Source of the DNA: Candidatus Spongiisociaceae bacterium | Lineage (GTDB): Bacteria; Actinomycetota; Acidimicrobiia; Spongiisociales; Spongiisociaceae | Assembly: GCA_965262915.1 (NCBI GenBank) | Contig: OZ253564.1 | Span: 4,064,001 to 4,128,000, forward strand | Length of the DNA: 64,000 nucleotides | Direction: 5' to 3' | In this document: piece by piece, positions 19,566 to 29,172 of the stretch | How positions within the stretch are numbered: position 1 is the first letter of the stretch | How the letters are laid out: each line of letters opens with the position of its first letter | Notes under the pieces: model-generated | What the model was told of the DNA's origin: nothing | Databases searched by the model: none | What the model saw: only the letters and a program-made list of their open reading frames with translations | Position numbers and translations under genes: made by a program

Positions 19566-20128
19566 TCACCATCCGCTTTCTCTTGTTCTTGTCTTGCGAT
19601 TAGAGCCACCCCGCCATCCACACCGACGATCGTCACTCTCTCACCTTTCGCCAAGCGGTCCTCCCATCTGGCGGGCAGGGCACTGATCCGGAGGCGTTGC
19701 CCGGCCGCTCCCACCACTATCTGCCCCCGCCGCTTGGCGGAGACACCCAACACGACCAGACCGTTCGCTCCCTGAAGGTCCTGATTGGTCACTTCGCTCG
19801 ACGCCTCGGTACGGCGCAACCAAGAAAAGAAGGCGTTGTGGAAGGTGGCCCCGAGCACTCCCATCGCCACCGAGATCGATACACCCGGGAACGGAGATGC
19901 ACCGGCCCAGACCGTGATCACGCCCGCTAGGCCGAATACGGTAGCCGCAAAGGCAAGGGCGCTGATCGACACCCACGAGAACATGCCGCCTTCCGCATCG
20001 GCGTCGACGTCAACTCCCCACGACCCACCCAAGGCGTAAGCCACCATGATGGTCAACCCGATCCCTAATGCGAAGAGGTAGAGGACCACTGAAGCTGCTC
20101 CTGACCTGACGTCGCGTGAACTCCACAA
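19562..20128 (-). CDS. NfeD-like membrane protein (flotillin partner)
   Basis: Three TM segments plus C-terminal OB fold (GLVVLGV...GQIVV...GERVTIVGVDGGVALI); coupled to flotillin. Confidence 0.8.
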   Translation of the reverse strand: MWSSRDVRSGAASVVLYLFALGIGLTIMVAYALGGSWGVDVDADAEGGMFSWVSISALAFAATVFGLAGVITVWAGASPFPGVSISVAMGVLGATFHNAFFSWLRRTEASSEVTNQDLQGANGLVVLGVSAKRRGQIVVGAAGQRLRISALPARWEDRLAKGERVTIVGVDGGVALIARQEQEKADGE

Positions 20129-20188
20129 TAGCGGTAAGCCGGGGGTTGAGGTCGTGGAAGCAACCGAGCGCGGCGGGCACCGACCAGG

Positions 20189-20274
20189 GGAGGGTGCTCA
20201 ACAAGCCCCGCCGGCCCGACGCTCGATGACAGAATGCCACGCCAGCGGACAAACGGGCCAACTATGTTACCCGT
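20189..20274. repeat. MITE-like family B copy (one end missing)
   Basis: GGAGGGTGCT...TCGATGACAGAATGCCACGCCAGCGGAC..ACGGGCCAAC aligns with the reverse complement of 59764-59851. Confidence 0.75.
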
Positions 20275-20376
20275 GCACGTTCCAACGGACCACTACGAGG
20301 GATAGCGCACCGGCACCTGCAAGGGCGCCGGCCGGTGCATGGCGATGGCCGGCAGCCGGGGAAACCTCGGCACGCC

Positions 20377-21663
20377 TCACAGGCTTCCGACGAGGTCCTC
20401 GACCGATTCGACCAGACCGTCGAGGTCCGCCGAGGTCATGGCCGTGGACAGGCAGCCCATACCGCGCGGGGCGAGGAAGTAGCCCCTGTTCATGAGCCCC
20501 AGGTGCAGCAGCTCGGTCAGCGCGGGATCGGCGCGGCCTACCGCATGACTGTCGGTGATCTCATCGCCGGTGGCGTGGATGTTGAAGAGGGAGCCGACTC
20601 CGGTCATTCCGGCCGGTATCCCGGACGCTTCGAGTACCTTGTCGAGCCGCTCCGTGAGCTGTTCCCCGTCGCGGTTCAGTTGGTCTATCACCTCGGGGGT
20701 CAGGGCTTCGAGGGTCTGGACTCCGGCGGCGGCGCTGACGGGGTTGCCGTTGAAGGTGCCGCCCCAGCGGATGCTTCCCTCGATGGGATGGAGCAAGGCC
20801 ATGACGTCCCTCCGCCCCCCGAAAGCGCCGATCGGGAAGCCACCGCCGATGATCTTGCCGAAGGTGGTCAGATCCGGTTCGATCCCGTACCTCGCCTGCG
20901 CGCCCCCCGTGTGCAGGCGGAACGAGATGATCTCGTCGAAGATGAGCAGCGCGCCGGTACGCCTGGTCGCCCCCCTCAGGTATGCGAGGAACTCCGGATC
21001 GGCGGCTACCACACCGCCGGCGCCGAGGACCGGCTCGATGATCACAGCGGCCAGCGAGCCGGCAACGCTTGCCATCCTCTCCTCGCAGCCCGAAATGTCG
21101 TTGAATGGGAGGGTGATCACCAGGTCCCCGATCAGGTCCGGGACTCCCGCCCCCGGCGTGGCGCTGTAGTCGTGGGTGCCGTGGTAGCCCCCTTCGAAGC
21201 GCGCCACGGTAGGGCGGCCCGTAAAGGCGCGAGCCAGCCGGAATGCGGCCATCGTCGCCTCGGTTCCCGAGTTGGTGAATCGGACGTGGTCGACCGAGGA
21301 GACCCGCTCTACGAGCACCTCGGCCAGCCTCACCTCCTGCTTCGTGGGTGACGAGAAGGCGGTTCCGCGGCCGGCCGCCCCCAGAGCCGCGGCCAGGACC
21401 TCGGGGTGGGCGTGGCCGAGGATCAGGGAGGTGTAGTTGTTGAGGTAATCGACTCGGCGGTTGCCGTCGACGTCCACGATTTCGCACCCCTCTCCCCGGA
21501 CCAGGACCGGAGGGTATGGTGCGAAGAACGTGGTTGTGCGGGTGGTGCCTCCTGGGAGCACCACCGAAGCCCGGTCGGCGATCTCCATGGAACGAGGATT
21601 ACGGGCCAGGTACTCGTTGCTGACCTGGCGCAGAGCTTCTGTGCAGTTGAATCCGGAAGGCAA
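20377..21663 (-). CDS. Class III PLP aminotransferase (glutamate-1-semialdehyde aminomutase-like paralog)
   Basis: DVDGN, NSGTEA, FEGGYHG, LIFDEI, TTFGKIIGGG, GTFNGNP. Confidence 0.88.
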   Translation of the reverse strand: MPSGFNCTEALRQVSNEYLARNPRSMEIADRASVVLPGGTTRTTTFFAPYPPVLVRGEGCEIVDVDGNRRVDYLNNYTSLILGHAHPEVLAAALGAAGRGTAFSSPTKQEVRLAEVLVERVSSVDHVRFTNSGTEATMAAFRLARAFTGRPTVARFEGGYHGTHDYSATPGAGVPDLIGDLVITLPFNDISGCEERMASVAGSLAAVIIEPVLGAGGVVAADPEFLAYLRGATRRTGALLIFDEIISFRLHTGGAQARYGIEPDLTTFGKIIGGGFPIGAFGGRRDVMALLHPIEGSIRWGGTFNGNPVSAAAGVQTLEALTPEVIDQLNRDGEQLTERLDKVLEASGIPAGMTGVGSLFNIHATGDEITDSHAVGRADPALTELLHLGLMNRGYFLAPRGMGCLSTAMTSADLDGLVESVEDLVGSL

Positions 21664-21755
21664 CGTTTCTCCTAAGCGAGGGCCCGACCGACTCTACCGC
21701 CTGCTCAAGGTCGAGGAGGTAGCCACATAGCTCCGGCGGACAACCGACAACCGAC

Positions 21756-23301
21756 CTAGGGCAGGCTCTCGCACGCCTCCCCGTCACCGTCCCCATCGAG
21801 CCTGGCCACATCCCCGTAGTGCGGGAAGTAGGTGTCGAACCACTCCTGGGCCTCGGCTTGGGTGGAGAAGTCAGGGCAGTTCTTGGAGTTGCCAGGATCG
21901 GGCGGAACCTCGGTGGAGGTCGTCCCCGCTGAAGGTCCCGGTATGTCCAGGGTCGGGGTATCCAGGGTCGGGGTATCCAGGGTCGGGGTATCCAGGGTCG
22001 GGGTATCCAAGACCGGGAACCCCAGCACCGGCATCCGGATGTTCCGGATGTTGAGGGTCGAACCGGAACACTCTCCGGCCACCAGTCCGTGGAGGAAGTC
22101 GGACTCCCGCTGATCCATGGTCAGGTTCCAATTGGCCTTGGTGGCCACCCAGGCCGCCACGTAGGAGCAGGTGAAGTCGGCGTTGGAGGGCATCCACTCG
22201 GAGGGATCACGGGCCCCCTTCGATCTGTTGGACCGGGCCGTCACCGCCACCAGGGCACCCTCGTCGTTGGCAAAGGCCTGCCGACGATCCCCGCTCCAGG
22301 CGTGCGCTCCCGAGTCCCAGGCCTCCGCCAGCGGTACCAGGTGATCGATGTCCAGGGACGACGGGCCCTGCACCCACTCGTCGTCGTAGTACGAGTACCA
22401 CAGACCCGAGACGATCCAACAGGTGCGGTCCGGATCCAGCACGGACTCGACCCGCGAATCCCTGATGAGCACCTCCCGGCGGGTATCGCAACCGTCGCTG
22501 TCGAGGTCACTCCAGTGCGCGAACAGCCGACGGTCGTAACCGGACCGCTGCTCCGGAGCGACGGCGAGCTCTTCGAGAATCTCGATGACGAGACGGGCGG
22601 CTCCTGCAGGACCGCCTTCGGAGGGCGTCTCCTCCGGAGCCGACTGCGGGTGGGGTAGGTGGCAGGCCGCGCCCCGAGAGGTTGTGCCACAAACCGACCA
22701 CGTACACCGCCATCCGGGCCCGGGTGACGGGCTGGTCGCTGCGTCCTTCCCCGGTCGTGGGAATCACGTTGAGCGCCTCGAGGCAGGTGACCGCCTCGTC
22801 GAGTTCCGACTCGAGGTCCGGGCAGCTCTCCCCCGCCTTCTCGTATGTCCGCAGCAGGAACCGGGATATCTGGGACACGGTGAGCTTGGACTCCGGCCCG
22901 AAAGTCGTGGCTGTAACGCCTTTGGTTATCGCCAGGTTGTATAGGCATTCGATGTTGGCGACGTGGGGGCTGCCGGACGGGACATCGGTGAAGGGTGTTC
23001 CCCCGCCGGGACATTGCCTGTCCAGCACGTCCCGCCACAGACGGACCAGAAAGGAGGCCATCTGGGCACGGGTAAGTTCGGCTTCCGGACCGTACCCTCC
23101 GTCCGCCCGCCCCTTGGACATGCCCAGGGTCTTCATGCAGAGGATGTACTCTGCCCCGTAGTCGTCTGTACCGACATCGCTGAACTGCTGGGTGGCGAAG
23201 CTGTCGCACAGGTCGCCGTTCTGGGCCTCGACCACCGTCGGTCCGTGAACGAGAGCCGCGGCACCCAGCGCCACCACGAAGATAGCTGCGACAAACCTCA
23301 C
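21756..23301 (-). pseudogene. Signal peptide - SLH-like repeats - DUF1524/HNH nuclease - (DTPTL)4 - Excalibur protein with one frameshift near 22648-22655
   Basis: SLH-like FSDV/FTDV/RAQMASFL repeats; after a one-base shift PQSAPEE...GYDRRLFAHWSDLDSDGCDTRREVL continues into DIDHLVPLAEAW, SNRSKG..DPSEW and NCPDF..LDGDGDGEACE. Confidence 0.82.
21946..22009. repeat. 15-bp coding tandem repeat, four perfect copies
   Basis: TCCAGGGTCGGGGTA x4 encoding DTPTL on the minus strand. Confidence 0.95.
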
Positions 23302-23473
23302 TGCGCTCTGGCGGACCTCCCGAACCCCACTCTAACCAGGGGTTTTGCAACTCCGGGAGCTATGCCGAGCCACAGCTTTCAACGGCTGCGACCGAGACAC
23401 GGATCCATGACACACCGGGCAATCTTCTGCTTGCTCAGCAACTCCGGAGAGTAGGGCTTGGGGGAGGTCTGGT

Positions 23474-23532
23474 CGCGATATAGCTACACGCGATATAGCC
23501 TAAATTGGTATTGCTAACACGGCTTAGTTAGC
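23474..23532. promoter_or_regulatory. Putative operator region between divergent genes
   Basis: Direct repeat CGCGATATAGC (23474-23484, 23489-23499) and inverted repeat GCTAAC-N8-GTTAGC (23513-23532) in an AT-rich patch. Confidence 0.45.
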
Positions 23533-23681
23533 CATGACGACCGATTCCGGATCAATCAGACCGGACCTGCGCGGCGGGCTGTAATCGGTGATGGCGGCGG
23601 ATCGTGGTCTGTGAGGCTCCGGTTGTCGATGCCGGTAGAGTTGTCGATCGGCCGGTATTCGCGAGGAAGGATCACCATCCG

Positions 23682-24689
23682 ATGACCAGTGGGCGCGTGG
23701 GTATGTGTTTCCTCGACCGGCCCGATCCACGCCGGCAGGTGGCGCTTTCCCTCAGGATGGAAGAACTAGGTTACGATTCGGTCTGGGTGTGCGAGACCCG
23801 CACCGCCCGGGATGCCATCTCGGTCCTGGGCGCCATCGCCTATGCGACCCGCACCATCAGGCTCGGTACCGGGGTGGTCAACTCGTGGACGCGGCCCGCT
23901 TCGCTGATGTCGCTCACGTTCGCCACGCTGGACGAGCTGGCGCCCGGCCGAATGCTGCTCGGGATCGGCGCTTACTGGGATCCGCTGGCCTGGAAGCAGG
24001 GAATCGACCGTCGCAAGCCCGTGAAACAGATGCGAGAGTACATCGAGGTCACCCGCCGGCTCCTGGATCTCGAAACGGTCACGTTCGAAGGTGAGATGGT
24101 GGCGGTGCGCGACCTGCGTCTCGACCTGGGACACGGGGTGACCCGGACCCCCAAGCAGGTGCCGATCTACGTCGGGGCCACCGGCCCGCAGATGCTGTCC
24201 CTCTCGGGTGAGTTGGCCGACGGGGTGATGCTCAACGGCTTCACCTCCCTGACCTACCTGGCCGACGCCCTCGCACACATCGAGCGGGGCACCCGGCGGA
24301 CCGGCCGGCACCTGGACGACCTCGACCTTCCCCAGACGATCGTCATCGCCATGGACGAGGACGAGGAGAAGGCGCTCGAGGTGGCGACCCGGATGACGAC
24401 TATGTACCTGGGCCAGCAACCCCACATCGCCCGGGCCAGCGGCGTCGACCAGGACCTCCTGGACCGCGTGCGCGACGCGATGGGTGGTTGGCCACCCCGG
24501 GAGTGCGGCATCGAGGATGCCATGCCCCTGGTACCCACCCACGTGGTCCGCTCGCTTACGGCGGCCGGTACGCCGGAACAGTGCTTGGAGCAGGTAGCCG
24601 CCTATGCGGTCCGACCCAATATCTACCCGGCCCTGCTCCCGATCACCGAGAACTACGAGGAGATCATCGAGGTGTTCGCACCCCGGTGA
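23682..24689 (+). CDS. LLM-class (luciferase-like) oxidoreductase, Mer-like, possibly F420-dependent
   Basis: GYDSVWVCE, IRLGTGVVN, LDELAPGRMLLGIG, VPIYVGATGPQMLSLSGELADG. Confidence 0.88.
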   Translation: MTSGRVGMCFLDRPDPRRQVALSLRMEELGYDSVWVCETRTARDAISVLGAIAYATRTIRLGTGVVNSWTRPASLMSLTFATLDELAPGRMLLGIGAYWDPLAWKQGIDRRKPVKQMREYIEVTRRLLDLETVTFEGEMVAVRDLRLDLGHGVTRTPKQVPIYVGATGPQMLSLSGELADGVMLNGFTSLTYLADALAHIERGTRRTGRHLDDLDLPQTIVIAMDEDEEKALEVATRMTTMYLGQQPHIARASGVDQDLLDRVRDAMGGWPPRECGIEDAMPLVPTHVVRSLTAAGTPEQCLEQVAAYAVRPNIYPALLPITENYEEIIEVFAPR

Positions 24690-25200
24690 CCGGCGGGGGT
24701 CCCGGCCTCCTCGAGACAGCGAGGTGGCGGCACCCGCTTGGCTCGCCGTAGCCGGTCCCTACCACCTACGCCGAGACTGCCAAAATCTCCCTCAAGACGT
24801 GGCTCGAGGGGGTTGACAGCGTCCCTGAGAAGGTGCACCTTTGAAGGGAACCGGACATCGCCCCGTTCGGACACCATGACCAGACACCGAGTACGGCTTC
24901 ACGCGGAACAGGGTCACAGTTACGCCGGACGGTAAGGGCACCGCGCCGAACCACGCCGGCTCACGATAGGCCTGTGTTGATTCAGAGACCCGTCCTATGT
25001 AGCAGCCGCTGACAGGAAGCCCGAGAGAATACCATCTCCAACGAATCGTAGGACTATGTGACCTATAAGAGCGGATCAAGACCGAAAAGGGCTCGACCGA
25101 TTGTCGCAGTCGCTGCCTATTCAACGTCAACCAGATTCTCGCTGACTCTGCACCATTGTGTGCCCTGGCTATCTAACAAACATTCACTGTTCTGACTGTC

Positions 25201-25464
25201 ATGGCTAGGTTCCTACGTTCGGCCTTCAAGCACGGATATTCAGAAGAAGACATACTAACCGCGCTCGAGAACCCGATCAGCGTCGAAGAAAGGCTCAACC
25301 ATGTCGGAGAATCAATTGCAGTAGTATTGGGATTTGCTGTGTCGAGCATCCACCTGATCGAAGTCATGTATGAACGTGAACACACGACAGGCGAACCTAT
25401 AGTATTTCATGCTCAGAAGGCTCCACGGGGAACAGTCGAGAGGTATTCAGGGTCTTGGGGTTGA
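25201..25464 (+). CDS. Putative small RNase-type toxin (RelE/BrnT-like)
   Basis: SAFKHGYSEEDILTAL...VLGF...LIEVMY...IVFHAQKA matches the SAxKHG...IIHAM pattern of small actinobacterial toxins. Confidence 0.6.
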   Translation: MARFLRSAFKHGYSEEDILTALENPISVEERLNHVGESIAVVLGFAVSSIHLIEVMYEREHTTGEPIVFHAQKAPRGTVERYSGSWG

Positions 25465-25484
25465 CACAGACCCGGAAGCATGGC

Positions 25485-25844
25485 ATGGTTGACGCGGTGA
25501 TAAAACCATATCCCGAAACTCGAGAGGAACAGGAGGAGCGCCTCCTGAAGCTCCACGAAGCTGCAGAGGCAGGGTGCTTCGACAACGTGTTTGTGGAGCA
25601 AGTCAACTATCTGATAGGTCAACTGCCAGAGGGATACACACTGGACGAAGAGGCGCGTGTTGTTCGCTCGAATCCCAACATGCCGGATCACGTATACGTA
25701 ACATCGCGGGTGAACGGGGTACCTTCCGGACGGGTGAAGATTCCGGTGTACACGGGAGAGCCGTCGCTGCCGGACCAGCGAGCCGCCGATCTCGATCCGG
25801 ATCGTAAGTCTCGCCGGGTCGCAGGTGGGGTTCGGCTCACATAG
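25485..25844 (+). CDS. Hypothetical protein, candidate antitoxin
   Basis: 119 aa, acidic N-terminus with EAAEAG, 20 nt after the toxin-like gene, same lower-GC patch. Confidence 0.5.
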   Translation: MVDAVIKPYPETREEQEERLLKLHEAAEAGCFDNVFVEQVNYLIGQLPEGYTLDEEARVVRSNPNMPDHVYVTSRVNGVPSGRVKIPVYTGEPSLPDQRAADLDPDRKSRRVAGGVRLT

Positions 25845-25961
25845 GTCCGTCCGGACTCAATCCGTAGGACGCTGAGCCCGGAACCAACGAGTCGACGCGA
25901 CTCGGACGCCTACCGTAACGACCGACCCCCGCCCCGCTGGGCGAGCGCGTTGTGGATGGGA

Positions 25962-26729
25962 TCAGACGGCTACCCAGCCTCCGTCAACGATGAGGGTCTC
26001 GCCGGTGATGTAGCTGCTGCCCGTCCCGGCCAGAAACAGCACTGCGTTGGCGATCTCGGACGGGACACCGAACCTCTTGAAGAGGGTCTGGTCCCGGATC
26101 GATTCGAACAGTTCCCGGTTGGCGGGGTCGGTCCGCAGTTCGTAGTTCATGGTCGACTCGGTCCAACCGGGCGCCACCGCATTCGTGCGGATGCCAAACT
26201 CCGCCCACTCGACCGCCATCACCTTGGTCAGGGCGATCACCCCCGCCTTGGCGGCCGAATAGGCGCCGATGCGGGCGAACGCCACCGGACCGGCGACCGA
26301 CGCGATGTTGACGATCGACCCTGACCCCTGGGCAATCATCGAGGTCGCCGCTGCCTGCGACACGTAGAAAACGGACGACAGGTTGGCCTCGATCGCCATG
26401 CGCCACTCATCCACGTCGAGGTTGTGGAGCCGGTTGAACTTCTGCCGACGGCCAGCGTTGTTGACCACGACATCGAGACCCCCCAGGCCGGTGCGAACCC
26501 GGTCGAGGGCCGATGCGATCTGCTCGGGGTCGGTCACGTCACAGGTCACCGCGAGGTGGGATCCGGCGTCGCCCTCCAGCATGGCGACGGTATCCTGCAG
26601 GTCGTCTTCCGTCCGGGCCAGGGCGGCGACCCGCGCTCCTTCGCCGGCGAAGGCCTGCGCTATTCCACGCCCGATCCCTCGGCTGGCGCCGGTGACCACC
26701 GCCACCTTGTCTTTCAGACCCAGGTCCAT
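25962..26729 (-). CDS. SDR-family oxidoreductase
   Basis: TGASRGIG, NNAG, YSAAK, NAVAPG, VDGG. Confidence 0.95.
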   Translation of the reverse strand: MDLGLKDKVAVVTGASRGIGRGIAQAFAGEGARVAALARTEDDLQDTVAMLEGDAGSHLAVTCDVTDPEQIASALDRVRTGLGGLDVVVNNAGRRQKFNRLHNLDVDEWRMAIEANLSSVFYVSQAAATSMIAQGSGSIVNIASVAGPVAFARIGAYSAAKAGVIALTKVMAVEWAEFGIRTNAVAPGWTESTMNYELRTDPANRELFESIRDQTLFKRFGVPSEIANAVLFLAGTGSSYITGETLIVDGGWVAV

Positions 26730-26753
26730 TGATTCGCTCCTTGCTCGGGTGGA

Positions 26754-27590
26754 TCAGGTACTCAGCTGCCCGTACAGGTCAGGCCGCCGGTCGCGGAAGA
26801 AGCCCCAGTCGTTGCGGATCTGTGGGATGACCGACAGATCGAGATCGGCAACGAGCACCTCGTCATCGGTGTCACTCGCCTGCGAGATGATACGACCTTT
26901 GGGATCGACCCACATCGACGAACCGTAGAAGTGGGACTCGGAACCGCCCTGGTCGACCCCGACCCGGTTCACCCCGCCCACGTAGTAGACGTTGTCGACC
27001 GCGTGGGCCTGGAGTTCCAACTCCCACAGGTACCGGCTCATGCCGGTGGTGGCCGTCGGGACGTAGACGATCTGGGCCCCGTTGAGCGCCAGGGTCCGGG
27101 CCGCTTCGGGGAAGTGCCGGTCATAGCAGATCAGGATTCCGATGGTCACGTCGTACGGCGTGGGGAAGGTGATGAACCCGGTGTCGCCCGGAGCGAAGTA
27201 GTACTTCTCCACCCCGGTGAGGGTGGGCACCGAAACGATGGGGATGTGGCTCTTGCGGTAGATGCCCACCAGGTCACCGTCCGGACCGATGACCGGCGCA
27301 CTGTTGTACAGCAGACCGTCGAGCGCCTTCTCGTAGATCGGAGCGATCAGGACGATCCCCAGTACACGGGCCAGCTCGCGCATGCGCTCCATCGTGGGGC
27401 CGTCGATCGGCTCGGCCAGATCCAGATGGCGGGCGTCCATCTCGTAGGGGAAGTAGACGGTGTGGAACAGTTCCTGGAGGCAGACGATACGAGCACCCCG
27501 GTCCGCCGCCTCACGGACAAGGTGCTCGGCCCTCTTGACGTTGCTTTCCTTGTCGTACTCCGTACCCATCTGGACGAGTGCGGTCCTCAC
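26754..27590 (-). CDS. Nitrilase-superfamily N-carbamoyl amidohydrolase (beta-ureidopropionase-like)
   Basis: Glu-Lys-Cys triad: CLQELF, YRKSHIP, ICYDRHFPE; C-terminal FFRDRRPDLY. Confidence 0.88.
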   Translation of the reverse strand: MRTALVQMGTEYDKESNVKRAEHLVREAADRGARIVCLQELFHTVYFPYEMDARHLDLAEPIDGPTMERMRELARVLGIVLIAPIYEKALDGLLYNSAPVIGPDGDLVGIYRKSHIPIVSVPTLTGVEKYYFAPGDTGFITFPTPYDVTIGILICYDRHFPEAARTLALNGAQIVYVPTATTGMSRYLWELELQAHAVDNVYYVGGVNRVGVDQGGSESHFYGSSMWVDPKGRIISQASDTDDEVLVADLDLSVIPQIRNDWGFFRDRRPDLYGQLST

Positions 27591-27673
27591 GATCCGGATC
27601 TCCTTTCGTCATCGGCGGTCTGACTGTTAGATGGCGGCATCGGATGCACCGGCAGCGGTACGTCGAGGAATGT

Positions 27674-29074
27674 TCATGATACGAGCGTGGAGCTGCTGAG
27701 GGCAGCCGACTCGGCGCTCCTGACGAACGCACCGTGCGGGCGGGGCGCTACGTAATGACCGCCCCGAACGACGGCCTTGCCTCTCAGGAGCACCACCCGG
27801 ATGGCGCCCTGCAACACGCTCCCCTCGTAGGGGTTGTAGTCGCAATTGGTTACCTGGGTGGCCAATGACAGCGTCGTACTGCCATCAGGATCGAACACCA
27901 CGAGGTCGGCATCCGATCCCGGCGCGATCTCCCCCTTCCTCGGGTACAGGCCAAAGAGCTTCGCCGTGTTGGTCGACGTGATCTCCACGAACCTGTTGAG
28001 CGAGATACGGCCCTCGACAACCCCGTAGTGGTAGAGCAGGCCGACACGCCACTCGATTCCCGGAAGGCCGTTCGGTATCTTGCTGAAGTCGTCCCTGCCC
28101 ACCTGGCGCTGCTCGAAGAAGAAAGGCGCGTGGTCGGTCCCGACCGCTTGCAGGTCACCCACCTTCAGACCGTTCCACAACGGATCGTGATGCTCCGCGG
28201 ATCGGAGGGGTGGAGAACAGACGTAGTTGGCGCCCTGGAAGTCGGGCTCAGCCAGCCGCTCGTCCGTGAGAAGCAGGTAATGGGGACAGGTCTCCGCGTA
28301 GGCGCGTACTCCACGGTCACGCGCCTCGGCCATCGCCTGGACCGCACCCGCCGAGGACATGTGGACCACGTAGACGGGCACCCCCGCCATCTCCGCCAGT
28401 GCGATCCCCCGCCTGGTCGCCTCGTCCTCGGCGATGGCGGGACGGGTGCGGGCGTGGAAGATCGGGTCCGAATCTCCCCTGGCCAGCGAGTCCTGGACAA
28501 GGGCCTCGATAGCGTAGCCGTTCTCGCAGTGCAGCATGATGAAGCCACCGTTCTCGGCGGTTCGCCGCATCGCCTTGAAGATCACCCCGTCGTCGAGCAT
28601 CCATGCGTTCGGGTAGGCCATGAACAGCTTGAAGCTGGTGACTCCTTCGTCGATAAGGCCGTCCAGGGAAGGGAGCATGCTGTCGGGCAGGTCGGTGATG
28701 ATCTGATGGAACGCGTAGTCCACCGCCGCCTTCCCGTCCGCCATCGCGTGCCACTGCATGAGCGACGATCTCGGGTCAGCGCCCTTCTCCTGGATCGCGA
28801 AGTCGACCACGGTCGTCGTACCACCCACCGCAGCAGCCCGGGTTCCCGAGTCGAAATCGTCCGAGACCACCGTCCCCGCCACCGGTGTGTCGAGATGGGT
28901 ATGAGGATCGATACCGCCCGGGAACACCAGATGGCCGGAAGCGTCTATGGTCTCGTCCGCCTCGACACCATCCAAACCCCCGACGGCGCGGATCCGCCCG
29001 TCCTCGATGAGGATGTCTGCAATGTAGTCCTGGGTGGCGGTGACGATCCGGCCTCCCTCGACCAGCACCCTCAT
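27674..29074 (-). CDS. hydA: Dihydropyrimidinase / D-hydantoinase
   Basis: PGGIDPHTH, GGTTT, SFKLFMAY, HCEN, HMS, ETCPHYL, GTDHAPF, IPNG. Confidence 0.92.
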   Translation of the reverse strand: MRVLVEGGRIVTATQDYIADILIEDGRIRAVGGLDGVEADETIDASGHLVFPGGIDPHTHLDTPVAGTVVSDDFDSGTRAAAVGGTTTVVDFAIQEKGADPRSSLMQWHAMADGKAAVDYAFHQIITDLPDSMLPSLDGLIDEGVTSFKLFMAYPNAWMLDDGVIFKAMRRTAENGGFIMLHCENGYAIEALVQDSLARGDSDPIFHARTRPAIAEDEATRRGIALAEMAGVPVYVVHMSSAGAVQAMAEARDRGVRAYAETCPHYLLLTDERLAEPDFQGANYVCSPPLRSAEHHDPLWNGLKVGDLQAVGTDHAPFFFEQRQVGRDDFSKIPNGLPGIEWRVGLLYHYGVVEGRISLNRFVEITSTNTAKLFGLYPRKGEIAPGSDADLVVFDPDGSTTLSLATQVTNCDYNPYEGSVLQGAIRVVLLRGKAVVRGGHYVAPRPHGAFVRSAESAALSSSTLVS

Positions 29075-29172
29075 GACGCGCGGTCGGTATCTGACTGTTG
29101 CGCGATCAACGCCCGAGACCCGCTCGGGAAAAGAGCAAGCCACGGGGACCCCTGCCGCTGGCCACTAGTGTG

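Noticed and set aside
20377-21663. Housekeeping hemL
   Set aside because: GSA-aminomutase-like but with PGGTTR instead of PGGVNSPVR and outside any hem cluster; symbol withheld
21946-22009. CRISPR or iteron-like repeat
   Set aside because: Contiguous in-frame 15-bp units encoding a protein linker
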